In this document: one piece after another, positions 27,085 to 40,818 of the stretch | Position numbering within the stretch: the first letter of the stretch is position 1 | How the letters are laid out: each line of letters opens with the position of its first letter | Assembly (NCBI GenBank): GCA_024137785.1 | Contig: JAHRHZ010000009.1 | Span: 6,063,990 to 6,127,989 of the forward strand | Length of the DNA stretch: 64,000 nt | From: Ginglymostoma cirratum | Taxonomy: Eukaryota | Direction: 5' to 3' | Position numbers and translations under genes: made by a program | Notes under the pieces: model-generated | Seen by the model: only the letters and a program-made list of their open reading frames with translations | Told to the model about the DNA's origin: nothing | Databases searched by the model: none

Positions 27085-27960
27085 AATATAGAATACACCT
27101 AAGCTGGAATGTGTGTTGTGAGAAAGACAGACAATGTCTTCGAGAGGATTTAGACAGGCTTAGTGATTGTGAAAGAACATGACAGATGGAATATAATGTG
27201 AGAAATTGTGAGGTTATCCACTTCGACCTGAAGAACACATGCAGATTATTACTTAAACGATGAGAGGTTGGAAAGCGTAGATATGTAAAGGGACTTGCTT
27301 GTGTGTCCTTGTCAATAAGTCACTGAAAGCTAACATGCAGGTATGGAAAGCTATTAGGATGGCTAATGAAATGTTAGCCATTAACAAAAGAGGATTTGCG
27401 TACAATAGAAGTGAAGTCTTGCTTTAAATATATAGGAGCTTGGTTACAACACGTCTGGACTACTGAGTATCTCAGTAAAGATATAATTGCTGTCGAATGA
27501 GTGCAAAAATGCTTCACCAGACTTAATCCCAGGATGGCAGGACTATCCTATGAAGAGAGATTAGTCAAACTGGGCCTGTATTCTTTAGAGTTCAGAAGGT
27601 GAGACGTGACCTCATTAAAACCTTCAAAATACTCAAAGGGCTAGACAGGGTAGATGGAGGTGAGATATTTCCCTGTTAGGGAGTCTGAAGCCACGAGCAC
27701 AATTTAAAAACAAAGGGATGCCATTTAGGAAGAAGGTGAAGAGATGTTACTTTGACTCATAGTGTGGTGAATCTTTGGAATCCTGAACCACATAAGGCTG
27801 TGAAAGCTCATTCTGAGTACGTGTAACGTAGAGATTTGATACATTTTTAATTATCAATGGCAGAAAGGGTTATGATCATGTGGGTAAAAGACATTGAAGT
27901 GTTTGATCAGCCATGATCATACAGTGCAGGCTTGATGGATTGAATGAACTCTTCCTGTTA
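27085..27960 (+). mobile_element. CR1-type LINE 3' portion
   Basis: cagatggaatataatgtgagaaattgtgaggttatccacttc (QMEYNV-CEVIHF-like) and tatgaagagagattagtcaaactgggcctgtattctttagag (YEERL-KLGLYSLE), followed by the 3' tail. Confidence 0.88.
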
Positions 27961-27968
27961 CTTTTGTT

Positions 27969-28199
27969 ATAACAAGGTGTAGAGCTGGATGAACACAGCA
28001 GCCAAGCAGCATCAGAACAGCAGGAAGGCTGACGTTCCTGGCCTAGATCCTTCTTCAGAAAAAATATTTTTTTCTGAAGAAGGGTCTAGGCCCAAAACGT
28101 CAGCCTTCCTGCTGTTCAGATGCTGCTTAGCCTGCTGTGTTCAGCCAGCTCTACACCTTGTTATCTCAGATTCTCCAGCATCTGCAGTTCCCACTATCT
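27969..28199. mobile_element. Complete palindromic Penelope-like family A element
   Basis: ~96-bp arms 27969-28064 / 28069-28164 centred on aaaaaatattttttt, plus a 35-bp extension. TSD ctgttacttttgtt (27955-27968) / ctgttccttttgtt (28200-28213). Confidence 0.8.
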
Positions 28200-28219
28200 C
28201 TGTTCCTTTTGTTGCTGTG

Positions 28220-29590
28220 TTTAGTCACTTGTCACCATGTGGATGGATCTCACTGGACGTCTGTTCTGAGCACATTCTTGCCACTTCTGCTAGTAGCCAT
28301 GTAACTCCTGTGGGATCCTGAATGCCCCGTTTTTATTTTTGGCAGTTCTTTACCTGCATTTCTATTTGTACGTATTAGTCACTTTATCTTGTGGTTTTAC
28401 AAGCTGCTCTTGGACTTCAAAAAGAATGCTTTGGGTTCGAGTTGTTAAATTAATGTACAATGATCTGTCTAACAAGAATTCCACTGGATATGGAATGATA
28501 GCATGCAGGGGCGTTTCTCTCATTGCAACATGCAGATGTGTAGATCTTGCTTAGTTTGCCTGCATCTGACCAATAGATTTTTGGACCCAGGACAATGTGG
28601 AGAAAACATAATGCAATTGATACACTGTTCCTCACATTTGTCCTGTCCGTAATTATCTCTTTGGCGATGCTGAATGAATTAAAAATGAGTTTAGAGTGTC
28701 CACGACATTTGTGCTTGTAGTGTAATGAAATTGATGAATGAGGGAGTACGTGGTAAAATAGTTAATGATGAGGATATAGTTATTCCCATGAACCTGAGAA
28801 AGGCCAAGTATGATTTTAGATGAAGGATGGGCAAGGACTTTGTAGTATCGGTGGTACTTTTGCACTGTGTGAGCGTACGATCTTGACATGCAACAAGGAT
28901 TTTGATGTCACTGGCCAATACCTGATTCTGTAGTGAGTTTCTTCTTACAGACAGTGACATTTGCTTTGTCTGAAACATGTCAATGCAATTTAGAAAGCAT
29001 CTTCAAGCTCAGTGTTAATGAAGTGTATATCTTTTGTTTTCACTGGGTTGAGTACCTTGTGACGTGACCAGTTTTTAACCTAAATGCATCGTCATAACCT
29101 TAGATTTCTATGAGGAGATGCTGCAAGCTTGAGGCTGCATTTATCAATGGTTTTCACCAACCCATCTGCAGTGATTTGTGGTCAACCTCTTGCTATAAAA
29201 TGTTTTCCCGAATGGATAATTATGAAAATGCATGACTCCAAAAAGTAAAGCTAATGTTTCCCATTCATTGGTTGAGTAGTTGAATTGTGCTACAGACAAT
29301 TGGTTTGCCTTTTTGAAAGGATGCATGCACCCTAACCTTTCTGTGAGGCATCTGTTTCCAAGGAAGTTGTTTCCCTAGGTTCATGTCATTACAAGTTTGA
29401 TACTTCCAATAGTGACTGATTTGGTGCTTCAAAGAAGTCCTTGTACCATAGGAAAGGCACTTCCTTGCTCAATCATTCCCTTGGTGGTAATGACTTTTGA
29501 GTAATAATTAGAAATGTGTGGTAACAAGAATTAAAAAGAACAAGGCATCTACAAAGACCATACTTACGTTGAGGAATTTCCCTGGGTTTC
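28220..29590 (-). mobile_element. Gypsy/Ty3-like pol relic (RNase H and integrase fragments)
   Basis: ORF 29144-29326 NYSTNEWETLALLFGVMHFHNYPFGKTF fits the Gypsy RNase H motif NYS-EKE-LA--FGV-HFH-YL-G--F. ORF 28653-28889 GNNYILIINYFTTY fits the integrase start G--YLLIVDYFS-Y. Confidence 0.7.
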
Positions 29591-29594
29591 AATG

Positions 29595-32275
29595 TCATAG
29601 AGATGTACAGCGTGAAACAGATGCTTCGGTCCAACTTGTCCATGGTGACCAGATATCCTAGATAAATCTAGTCCCATTTGCCAGCATTTGGCCCATATCC
29701 CTCTAAATCCTTCCTATTTATGTACTCATCCAGATGCCTTTTAAATGTTGTAATTGGACCAGCCTCCACCACTTCGTCTGGCAGCTTATTCCATACACGC
29801 ACCACCCTCTGCATGGAAAAGTTGTCCCTTAAGTCTCTTCTAAATATATGCCCTCTCACCTTAACCCTATGCCATCTAGTTTTGGACTCCCCTACCCTGG
29901 GAAAAAGACCTTGCCTATTTATCGTATCCATACCCCTCATGATTTTATAAACCTCGATATGGCCACCCCTCAGCCTCTGACACTGCAGGGAAAATAGCCC
30001 CAGCCTATTGAGCCTCTCCCTATAAGTCAAATCTTCCAACCCTGGCAACATCCTCATAAATATTTTCTGAACCCTTTCTAGTTTCACAACATCCTTCCTA
30101 TAGAAAGGAGGCCAAAATTGCTCGTAATACTCCAAAAGTGGGGTTGAACCAATAACTGTACAGCTGCAACATGACCTTCTAACTCCTACACTCAATGCAC
30201 TGACCAATAAAGGCAAGTATACCAAACGCCTTCTTTACTGTCGTTGCTATCTACGACTCTACTTTGAAGCAACTATGAACCTGCACTGCAAGGTCTCTTT
30301 GCTCAGCAACACTACACAGGAACTTATCATCAAGTGTATAAATCCTGATGTGATTTGCGTTTCCAAATGCAGCACCTCACATTTATCTAAATTAAATTCG
30401 TTCTTCCACTCCTGGGCCCATTGGCCCATCTGATCAATATCCCGTTGTGCTCTGAGGTAGCCTTCTTTGCTGTCCACTATGTCTCCAATATTAGTGTCAT
30501 CTGCAAACTTATAACCAAGCAGTGTGGACCCAGCACCAATCCTTGTGGCACACCGCTGGTCACAAGCCTCCAGACTGAAAAACAACCCTCCACCACAACC
30601 CTCTGTCTTCAACCTTTGAGCTAGTTCTTCCTGTATTCCATGTGATCTAACCTTGCTAACCAGTCTACCATGAGGAACCTTGTTGAACACCTTATTGATG
30701 TCTGCCTAGGTCACATCCACCATTCTGCCCTCATCAGTCCTCCAAATTGCTGCTTCACAGAATTCAATCAAGTTTGTGAGTCACGATTTCCCATGCGCAA
30801 AGCCATGTTAACTATTTCTAATCAATCCTTGCCTTTCCAAATACGTGTAAATCCTGTCCCTCAGGATTCCCTCCAACAGCTTGCCTGCCACTGATGTCAA
30901 GCTGATTGGTCTCTCATTCCCTGGCTTTTCCTTGCCACCTTTCTTAAATAGTGGCAGGACGTTAGCCAACCTCCAGTCTTTCAGCACCTCACCTGTGGCT
31001 ATTGATGATACAAATATCTCAGCAAGGGGCCCAGCAATCACTTCCCTAGCTTCCCACAGAGTTCTAGGGTACACCTGATCAGGTCCTGGGGACTTTTTCC
31101 ACCTTTATGCGTTTTAAGACATTCAGTACCTCCTCCTTTGTAATATGGACACTTTTCAAGATGTCGTTATTTATTTCCCCACATTCTCTATCTTCTATAT
31201 CCTTCTCCACAGTAAACACTGATGCAAAATACTCACTTATTATCTCCCCCATCTCCTGAGGTTCCACACATAGGTGGCCTTGCTGATCTTTAAGGGCCCC
31301 TATTCTCTCTTTCTACTTACTTTTTTGTCTGTAATGTATTTGTAGATTCTCCTTAACCCTATTTGCCAAAGCTATCTCATGTCCGCTTTTGCCCTCTTGA
31401 TTTCCCTCTTAAAGTATACTCCTACTGCCTTTATACTCTTCCAGGGATTCAGATTGATCCCTGCTGCCTATACCTCACATATGCCTCCTTTTTCTTGACC
31501 AAAACCTCAATTTCTCTAGTCATCCAGCATTCATTTCACCTACCAGCCTTTGCCCTTCACCCTAACAGGAACATACTGTCTCTGGACTCTCCTTATCTCA
31601 TTTTTTGAAAGCTTCCCATTGTCCAGCTGTCCCTTTACCTGTCAACGTCTGCCCCCAATCAACTTTTGAAAGTTCTTGCCTAATACTGTCAAAATTGACC
31701 TTCCTCCAATTTAGATCTTTAACTTTTTAAAATTCAGTCTATCCCTTTCCATCACTATTTTAAAACTAATAGAATTATGGTCACTTGCCCCAGAGTGCTC
31801 CCTCATTGACACCTCGGTCACCTGCCCTCCTTCATTTCCCTAGAGGAGGTCCAGTTTTGCACCTTCTCTAGTAGTTACATCCACATGCTGAATCAGAAAA
31901 TTTTCTTGTGGATGCTTAGCAAATTCCTTTCCATCCAAACCCTGAACACTATGGCAGTTCCAGTCTATGTTTGGAAAATTAAAACCCCCTTCATAATCAC
32001 CCTATTATTCCCACAGATAACTGAGACCCCCTTACAAATTTGTTTCTCAATTTCCTGCTGACTATTGGGGTTTATAGTACAATCCAAATAAGGTGACTAT
32101 GCCTTTCTTATTTCTCAGTTCCACCCAAATAACTTCCCTAGACATGTTCCCAGGAATATCCTCCCTAAGTACAGCCGCAATGTCATCCTTAATCAAAAAT
32201 GCCACTTCCCCTCCTGTCTTGCTCCCCTTTCTATCCTTCCTATAACATCTATACCCTGGAATGTTAAGCTGTCAG
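29595..32275 (-). mobile_element. CR1-type LINE, ~2.7 kb, frameshifted ORF2
   Basis: Successive ORF pieces: KDWRLANVLPLFKKG, FNKVPHGRLVSKV, KFADDT, FNLDKCEVLH, YRERLNRLGLFSL, YGPNAGKWD*. The 3' tail is near 29600. Confidence 0.95.
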
Positions 32276-32279
32276 AAAG

Positions 32280-33480
32280 TTCTCCAATTTAGTTGGATCA
32301 GGACCTATGCCTATCCTGGAATAAATAGAAGTATAACAGTTGATCTGACATGCTGATATAACACTTTTGACTGGTGAAAACAATCCTTCCACATGCAGCA
32401 ATAAGTGTAGATTATGATTGTGGTCTTGCTTTATTCCTCCTGTTTCAACAATGCTGTCAGTGACACAGGTACTTCACCATTTAGTGGATGTGACCTGATG
32501 GATATGAGCTTGAAAAATCCTGGTGCAGCACATAGCCTGTAGGGGAGTAATTGAAAACTGTATTGTTTCAATGGGGAACGCTATGTAGTGTCTGGGACTC
32601 CACTGCAAGATGTACTAACCAGTAACCATGCTTAAGCACCAAGTTTCAAAAAGTATTTCAGACCTGAACATCTTGGATTTAGCTTCTCTAACAAAGATAT
32701 ATTTTAAGGACACTGTTTTAAAGATGCATTCAGGTGTTGTGGATCGAGGTCCACACTCAATGATCCAGTCTTCTCATACATCAGTCTATGTGCTCCTGTA
32801 CTCCAGTCATGGCTTCCCCTATCTGTGGGATTAAGGTTGATTTTTAACTTCCCAGGAGCAGTATATTGGCACCTGCTCTCATATTAATCTTAGCAAATAA
32901 CGAAATTTTCTGAGGGCAGATCTTTTGAATTTTTGTAAACATTTCAGACAGTGTGATAACGTTGATATTTTCTTCAAGTTTAACAGTGTGGAACAAGTTC
33001 ATTACATTGTGTCTCATGATGTGTATCATCAGATTTTGTTTTTTCAATCAGTTCATGTGTACAATGTTAGCAGGATAAGGGGCTTCTTTTATTGGAGCTG
33101 GAACATATGCTTTCTGTGCGATTCGTTTGGATCACAGATCTTTGTAGCTGCATCAGCCTTTGCTTTAGTACACTGCTCCTGCCAAATGGCCTTTTCCATC
33201 AAATTACTTTTTTTCTGCCATGTACCATGCAAAATTAATTGAAAGCTGAGCATTTCCTTGGTGCATACAGAAGGCTATTCTAATTATCATGTTAACTATC
33301 GAATTTATACTTCGTACCTGTAAGCTCCGTCAGCCTGCGCAGATCATTTTATATTTATGTACATCGAAGCTTCAGGATTTCTTTGCTGCTGTAAGTCCAG
33401 GACTGTCCAGCAAATCTCTCTGGAAAGCTTCTGTATGTGGATGCAATCACCAACTCAACAACTCTGTTTGCTAACTCCCC
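32280..33480 (-). mobile_element. Probable continuation of the Gypsy relic beyond the CR1 insertion
   Basis: Abuts the LINE 5' end. Decayed coding-like tracts on the - strand (e.g. ...INMRAGANIL resembling the aspartic-protease DTGA-NI region). Weak. Confidence 0.35.
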
Positions 33481-36149
33481 GTCCGAAAATCACATAATGA
33501 CCCCGTTTTTCTGGATCTGCTCCCAAAGTAGTCTATGGCTTTTATCGAAATGACATCAGTTCTAGTCAATTAAAATGGAAATTTAATGTGACTCTGAATT
33601 GATCTCCTAATATGCTTCATATCTTTTCAGGACCTTTTAACTGTTCAGCTGTTAGTCCTGAAGTATTGTGTCTGTGTAGACACAGTTGATCACTTGACTT
33701 TCTCAAGTGAATTAAATTGGCCTCTTGAAAGGGATTTGTCTGCTTACCAGTAAACTTGTTTTCAACACACTGCAACACTAAGGAACATAAGGTTTGAAGC
33801 TTGTCTCGTGCACTTTAGCATTTTATTACTGTCACGCATATTTTTCACCTGTACATTTACTTGCTGGCTGACTGTTCAAGCACACTGTTTTCCACTACTT
33901 TTAATCGTATCATTTTAATGATAATGATCAATAATTAACCATTTGCCTGGCTTTGATTAACTCTTGTGGGTTAGTTTATTTTAATAGTGAAACACATTAC
34001 ATGTTATGAAGCAGACATTAAATAACACCATCTGATTTCTGGTTGTGCAGTTTGCGAGTCCAAAGCAGGCTAACCCGCCAGCCAGTGTCATAACAGCAGA
34101 ACGATATACACACAGTCAAAAGAATCCTGAAAGGTGCATTGCCTTAAAAGGCAAGCTACATGTTCATCAGTTAGCAGAAAAACTGGAGGCCATATGCTAA
34201 CAAAGGTACCAAAAACTGATGACTTGGCTTGTACCACAAGCTAGGGTAGTGAAAGAAAATATGACTCACAAAGTGAAATTGGATGAATATTTGAACAGGA
34301 AAAGTTTGCAGTTTGGAGAAAGAATGTGACTATTGGATAACTAATGCAAAGTGCCAGCATATTCTTGGTGGTCAAATGCCCTATTTCTGTGCTGAATCAT
34401 TCAATGATTGTCCTCTTCTAAATGTGAAATTCCTTGCACTTGTTAAGCTTGTATCCCATTACCCAGTCCCTGCACCTTCTCTGCAAACCCCCTTATCACA
34501 ACAAATATTCATAAGTCACGACACTGCTCAAGATCTAGTAAGTGCTTAGCTACATTCTCATGCATACAACATGGAATACAAACATTAGGCATGGATTCTG
34601 GTACAATAATATGTGCATTTGACAGTCAGCGACCTCAAACTGAACTGAAAGCAAAATTAGAGCAAATGGTGAAGACCTTCTTTGAGAAGGTGGCTACGAA
34701 GATAATGATGGAGCTGCAATCAAATTAATAGCTGACAAGGTAAGCACCTGTAATGTTTCCAAAAAAGGAAATCCTCTGGAAAGAAAAATTCAGGAGCATA
34801 AAGAATGTTGCATCTCCACTAAAACGTATAATGGCCAACATCCTATAGGTAGAAGTTAAATAGACATTGTTTGATTGGGACAAAAGCAAATCATTAGAAT
34901 GCTTGCCGCAGGTATAAAAATGGTGGAATTTGAACCAGTAATAATGGTCACATTTTTCACACTGTTAAAGATGAGAAAACCATATATTAAGTTTTCACTT
35001 TCCCTTTTCCCCTGGAGCCAGTTTCTCAAATGAATAGAACTTAAAAACAGCCAAAAGCAGCAGAATTGAGAGTTAAAAGAAGCATTATTTAGGATCTGAC
35101 TGATAAATATTGTACAACTTCAAATGGGTAACATTTGATAGAGATCATTTTGTAATCCTCCATCATGAGTTCCTGACTCCATAATGAGATGCATACAGAT
35201 AAGATATAAAGTTGGAAAACATGGAAGTGAAAATATATTGAAACTAATACATGATTCTTCTCCAATGCCAACACCCTCATACTGCAAAGCTTTTGGAAAA
35301 GAGAGTGTTTTCTGATACTTTCTCATTGACTTTTATCAATGGTGACAGTCCAAGACTTTGTTCATCCTGGAGATTATCGTCAGCACCTCACAGCATTCAG
35401 GTGAACTTTTCTGAGATAGGAAATAGTTAAAATAACAGTGGATAAAACCAGTTTGCAAACTAAAAAGAGATCTACTGGGGGAAATATGTCAAAAAAGAAG
35501 GAATTGATTTTAACATTACTCTCAATAAAATGATACAATCATTCTTACAAATCACTTTCCAGGATCAACAACTAGCAATATCTGAAATGCCCAAAATTCT
35601 GCTGGAAAAATATTTGAAATATCTGTCTGGAATCTAAATGCACACAATATCAGTAAGTCTACAATGCAAATCATTCTTAGTAACATTTCCAGAGGCAATA
35701 TCAACACTCATAAACATCAGACCCTCACCATGGCTGCTAGCCTCAGAATCAAAGTATAGGAGAAGTGATATTGTAATTGAACCAGACTCCTATGCTCAGT
35801 CAAAAGCACTGAGAATGTTATTAGCATCTTGTGCAAAAGTTTACAAACAACTGCACTTTATTTTATTATAATTCCTAGTTTTACAGTGTCACTGATGGTA
35901 CATTGACATACAAAGGTATGGAGGCAAAGGAAAAGAATGGCACTAAGCCATGATGCTCATTAAGAGAGACAGTGCAGACATGATGGACTGAATGGCCACT
36001 TTCTGCATCATAACACGTATGTGATTTTGTGATCAGAAAATGTTTAACTATGAATAAACCAATTGGGGTCTTTGGGTCGGCATGGACAAGATGAGCCGAA
36101 TAACCCCCTTCTGTCCTGTATCATTTCTGTGGTTCAATGGGTACAATAA

Positions 36150-36890
36150 TACAAGCCATTCCTTCACTTGTGGGACCTTGCTGTGGATCTTCTGTTAATC
36201 CCATAACCAACAGATCAGATCTCAGCCTAGCCGTCCTTTCACATCTCGTCATGAATGGTGATGAACAATTAAACAACTTGCTCGAGGAGAAGACCCCACA
36301 AATAACCCCATCCTCAATGATGAGAGAGCCCAGAACATCAGTGCAAAAGCACTTTGCATGCATCTGTAGCATTTATAAGCATCTTCAGCCAGAGGTGCCA
36401 AGTGGATGATGAATCATGGATGCCTGAAACAAAAACAGAAATTGCTGGAGAAACCTGGCAGGTCTGGCACCATCTGTGGAGAGAAAGCAGAGTTAACACC
36501 ATTGGACCTGAAATGTTAACTATACATGGATACCTCCTGAGGTCCACTGCATCACAGCTGCCACCCTTCAGCCAATACAATTCATTCCACGTGATATCAG
36601 GTAATGGCAGAGGGCATTTAATACTGCAAAAGCTATGAGCCTTGACAATATTCCAGCAATAATACTGAAAATGGTGCTCCAGAGCTGCCTGCTCCCTTAG
36701 CCAAGTGCTCCAGTATGGTTACAACACTTGCGTCTACCCAGCAATACAGGAAATGGCTCAAGAATGTCTTGCCCATAAAAAGGACCAGTTAGCAGTCCAT
36801 CAGTCTACTCTGAATTGTCCACAAAATTATAAAACTTGTCATTGACAGGGCTATCAGTTGGTATTTACTCAGCAACAACTTGGTTACTGA
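36150..36890 (+). mobile_element. L2/CR1-like LINE fragments interrupted by a family B Penelope-like fragment (~36415-36520)
   Basis: cttcagccaatacaattcattccacgtgatatc...gacaatattccagcaataatactgaa RT-like tract. Insert gaaacaaaaacagaaattgctggagaaacc...gagttaac. Confidence 0.6.
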
Positions 36891-37277
36891 TGCTGGAGAA
36901 GAAAAATCTATCAATCCTCCTGAAAGGCCCGACACTAATTTTTAACATGACTATTTATCCTAGACTCTCCAGCCAGTGAAACATTGAAACCGTTCTATTT
37001 AACATATCTATTCCCTTCCATCTTTTGGAAAAGGCATTCAAATGGCCCATTAACCTTAACAGAGTTTGCAGCTCTAGTTTATGTAATTCCTCCTTGAAAT
37101 GTAATCATTACAGTCTAGGTATCATTCTGGTGGAAGTATCTTGCACTTCCTTTAAGTCCAAAATGTTTTTTCTGGAGCCTTATGCTCAGGATCGCTCACA
37201 GTACCCCTGGTGAGGCTAATATGAGCTTTGTAGAATTTAAGCATGATCTAAGGGGAACCTCTTTCATGCAGAGGGAT

Positions 37278-37905
37278 TTTGTTTCTATTCATTTTTGGGA
37301 TGTGGGCATCGCTGGCTGGGACCGGCATTTCTTGCCCATCCCAAGTTGTCCTTGAGGAGGTGGTGGTGAGCTGTCTTCTTGAACTGCTGCAGTCCACCTG
37401 CTGTGGGTCGACCCACAATGCTATTGGGGAGGGAATTCCAGGATTTTGAACCAGCAACAGTGAAGGAGCAGCAATATATTTCCAAGTCATAATGGTGAGT
37501 GGCTTGGAGGGGAGCTTGGAGGTAGTGGTTACCCAAATGTCTGCTGCCCTTGACCTTCTATACGGAAGTGGTTTTGCATTTGGAAAGTGCTGTCTGAGGA
37601 TCTTTGGTGAATTTCTGCAGTGCATCTTATAGATAGGACACACTGCTGCTACTGAGTGTCAGTGGTGGAGGGAATGGGTGCTACATATATGGAATGAGCT
37701 GCCGGAGGAAGTGGTGAGGCTGGTACAATTACAACATTTAAAAGGTATCAGGATGGATACATGAATAGAAAGAATTTAGATAGATATGGGCCAAATGCTG
37801 GCAAATGGGACTAGATTAATTTAGGATATCTGTTCAGCATGGACGAGTTGGACCAAAGGATTTGTTTCCATGCTGAGCTCTCTATAACTCTGTACTCTAT
37901 AACAT
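37278..37905. mobile_element. L2-like 3' end (- strand, 37278-37680) joined to a CR1 3' end (+ strand, 37685-37905)
   Basis: ORF 37285-37536 SFTVAGSKSWNSLPNSIV...LQQFKKTAHHHLL is a typical L2 RT C-terminus. ggaatgagctgccggaggaagtgg...gggccaaatgctggcaaatgggactag is the CR1 C-terminus. Confidence 0.8.
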
Positions 37906-39289
37906 GCTGTCTCTATAACCCTGTGACCTCCACTACCATATATTTTAGTTCTGTAAGTACAAAGGTGATTATTCAATTAGCCTTTACATGTTGATTATTT
38001 TCTGCTGGGTTTTTGAGTTGGGAGAAATCACAGCTCTGTGATCACCATTCTCTGAATTTCAGTCTTGTGGGTTGGGTTGGGTGGGGTTGGAATGAGAGTC
38101 GCTGGGAAACCCAGAAAGAGCCAAAAATGCTGTCTGTTCTTGAGATGGCCTGCCCTGGAGTTCCTGTACCTTGTTCAAAGTTTAAAAGTAAGAATTAAAA
38201 CAGAAAACATTCCTCCTGCTCTCATCTCCTAACTCTACTCGCTCTCCATGCACCAGCCATGCCACCCTATTCCCATGTACCCCTCCCCATGGTTCAAAAT
38301 GCTCCTGTGTCAACCTATGCCTCTGTACTCGCCTCCCATGGCCTCTCACATCCCCTTGTCAATCTACTACTTGGCTTCCCATATCTCATATGGCCCATAT
38401 CATCCCCAGTGACTTTCAGACTTAGTGTATCTCAAACTCTCCCAACCACAGTCCCTTTCTGTCTCTTCACTCATTAACTCATGCCAATTCACTCATTATC
38501 CAGCGTGATTGGTGATCAAAAGGAATTCTGACAAAAAAAGTCACCAGTCTATTGACGATGACACTACCGAAAAAAACCTCTCACTGACGCAAAGAAACAC
38601 CTTATATTGAAATTGCTTCAACTAATCCCTAATGTAAACAAATATGCCAGTCAAGCACTTTATCCTTTATATCACCAAATATTTTGATTCAACAAGCAGT
38701 TGGATCGATCTAACTGGAACCGTACCTGAATAGGTACCTCAGCTCTCCAAAGGCGTACCTTGCCTATCTAAACAATATGCACTGAGAACAGACCTGCTGT
38801 TACCTGGCCTCATCTCCACGCTCCACATTCCAGACACCAGAGACTCTAAGATAACACAGTGTGGAGCTGGAGGAACACATTGGAAGCTGGAGACTCTCAT
38901 ACCTGATTTCAGGGGGGACATCAGTGGCAGCCACAGAAATTCTGAGATGGGACTTGAGATTCATAACAACTTCTAGCAATTTTTCCAACAATAGAGACAC
39001 TTTCTGTAACAGTCAAAATTAGAGTCTAACTTTCAGTGTCAGATTTTATTTAAACATCGTATTTAAATTCCACTAACTACTACAGTGGAATTTGAACCTG
39101 TACCCTAATCACCTTAGACTTTACCATTATTACGCCTTCCCTAAAGTCCTCTAAGTCTTTAATTACTCCACCCAGTAGTTTATGTCACAGTACATATGCT
39201 CATAGGCCACCACCATCATATCTTCCAAATTACATTACCTGCCTATTATCATTATTCCCTTTCTCTCAGTCAATTTTCCAAATAGGTTA

Positions 39290-40420
39290 ATGATTCCCAA
39301 TTGCTTTCAGTTCCATGAGCTTCAACTTTAGTTAAGTCTCTCAGAGGAATTCCATCAAATACCTTCATGAACTCCATGTAAGTTACAAGCATAGGTATTT
39401 CCTGTGCTTTATCTGTTCAAAAAAATCACATTCAGCAGGTATGATCTACCTCTGACAAATCTGTGGTGCTACTCTCCAACCAGCTAAAAATTTTCAAGGT
39501 GTTAAGTCACCAAACCCTTTCTTATAGACTTTTGCAATTTCCCAAAAAGACATGTTGGGTTGACTGGTCTTTATTTCCTTGAACTTTCTCTCATCTTACT
39601 TAAAACGCAGAGTGGCGTGCTCACTTCTCTGAAAAGAACGTTTCCTGAATGGAGAGAATGCTAGAAGTTTATAGGGCATCTGCAACACTCATTACTTCCT
39701 TTGAAACTTTGTGCTGTAAACATCTGATCCTGCTGGATTTGTCATTCTTTAGTGCTGTTTGGTTTCTTCAGTGCCTTAACTTTTTTTCTGGTAATCTTGG
39801 TGAGTCCCTGTTCCTGATACAGTATATATTTCCTTGTGACTGCTGGCATACAGACCTATTTGTTAATTTACTGAGAGCGATTAGTCAGTATGCCTGCCAT
39901 TTCCTTATTTTCATTAACAGCATCATCATTATCCATCTCCAAAGAGCTCCACGTTGCTTGTAACCAATCTTTTTACCCCAATATAATTCCTAATAATCGT
40001 ATGCTTTATTATATCATTTGTTATTTTCATTCATATTCTGTTTTGTAACTCATTGTCTGTTTGTTCTTTGCATTTATTTTCATTCACCAGAATTTTTTTA
40101 TATATATTTTTGTGTACTTGCTCTCTTAGTTTTATTTTGCTTCCTACCTTTCAGCCATTGAATGCAAATTTAGCAACTAGACCTCTGCCTCTCTGGGGCA
40201 TAAACTGGTTCTTTATACTATTAGATTATTTTCTTGCAACTCGCACGTATTGTCTACCGTTTAACCCATTCTCAGTCTTGCATATTTTCTGTTTACAGTC
40301 TCTGCCTCCATCATTTTGAAATCAACCTTAACCAAAATCTGAAGTAATAGCTGTTTCGCCTTGTCCTGTTCAAGCACTAGACTGAACTTGATCATGTCAT
40401 GTTTGCAATTAAGTAAATAT
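39290..40420 (-). mobile_element. Very old CR1-type LINE remnant
   Basis: Decayed reverse-strand RT/endonuclease-like tracts (tcaaataccttcatgaactccatgta; catctgatcctgctggatttgtc). Confidence 0.45.
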
Positions 40421-40818
40421 CCATGCACTGTTTGGCTTCTAATTAAATCTGGCTGTTGCGTTACTCACAGCTCAACCTAATACAACAGTCAGACCGGAAA
40501 AGGGGATTGCTCCTTTTCCTCTTCTTCAGTTGCTCATTTTACTCCGGGAGACAAGTGTAGTGCCTATATGATGTTAAGTTTGTGCAGACAATGATGAATC
40601 TTAAAACACTTTCTAGTGAGTACTGTATTGTTCCTCCAAGCAGCAAAAACGTTGAAGTGCCCAGTGGTCTACTCATCCAGATTCTGCAGCATTGTTTTTG
40701 GCCTGTGCATGCTGCCCAAATATGCCTGGTTTGTAAACTGCAATTATGAAGCCGGCCGGATTATCCCATGTTACCGCTTTCTGGCTTGTTGAGATGACTC
40801 AGATTATGGTAGTGATGA

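Noticed and set aside
29668-31267. Functional reverse transcriptase gene
   Set aside because: Broken into many frames by stops and frameshifts; a dead LINE copy.
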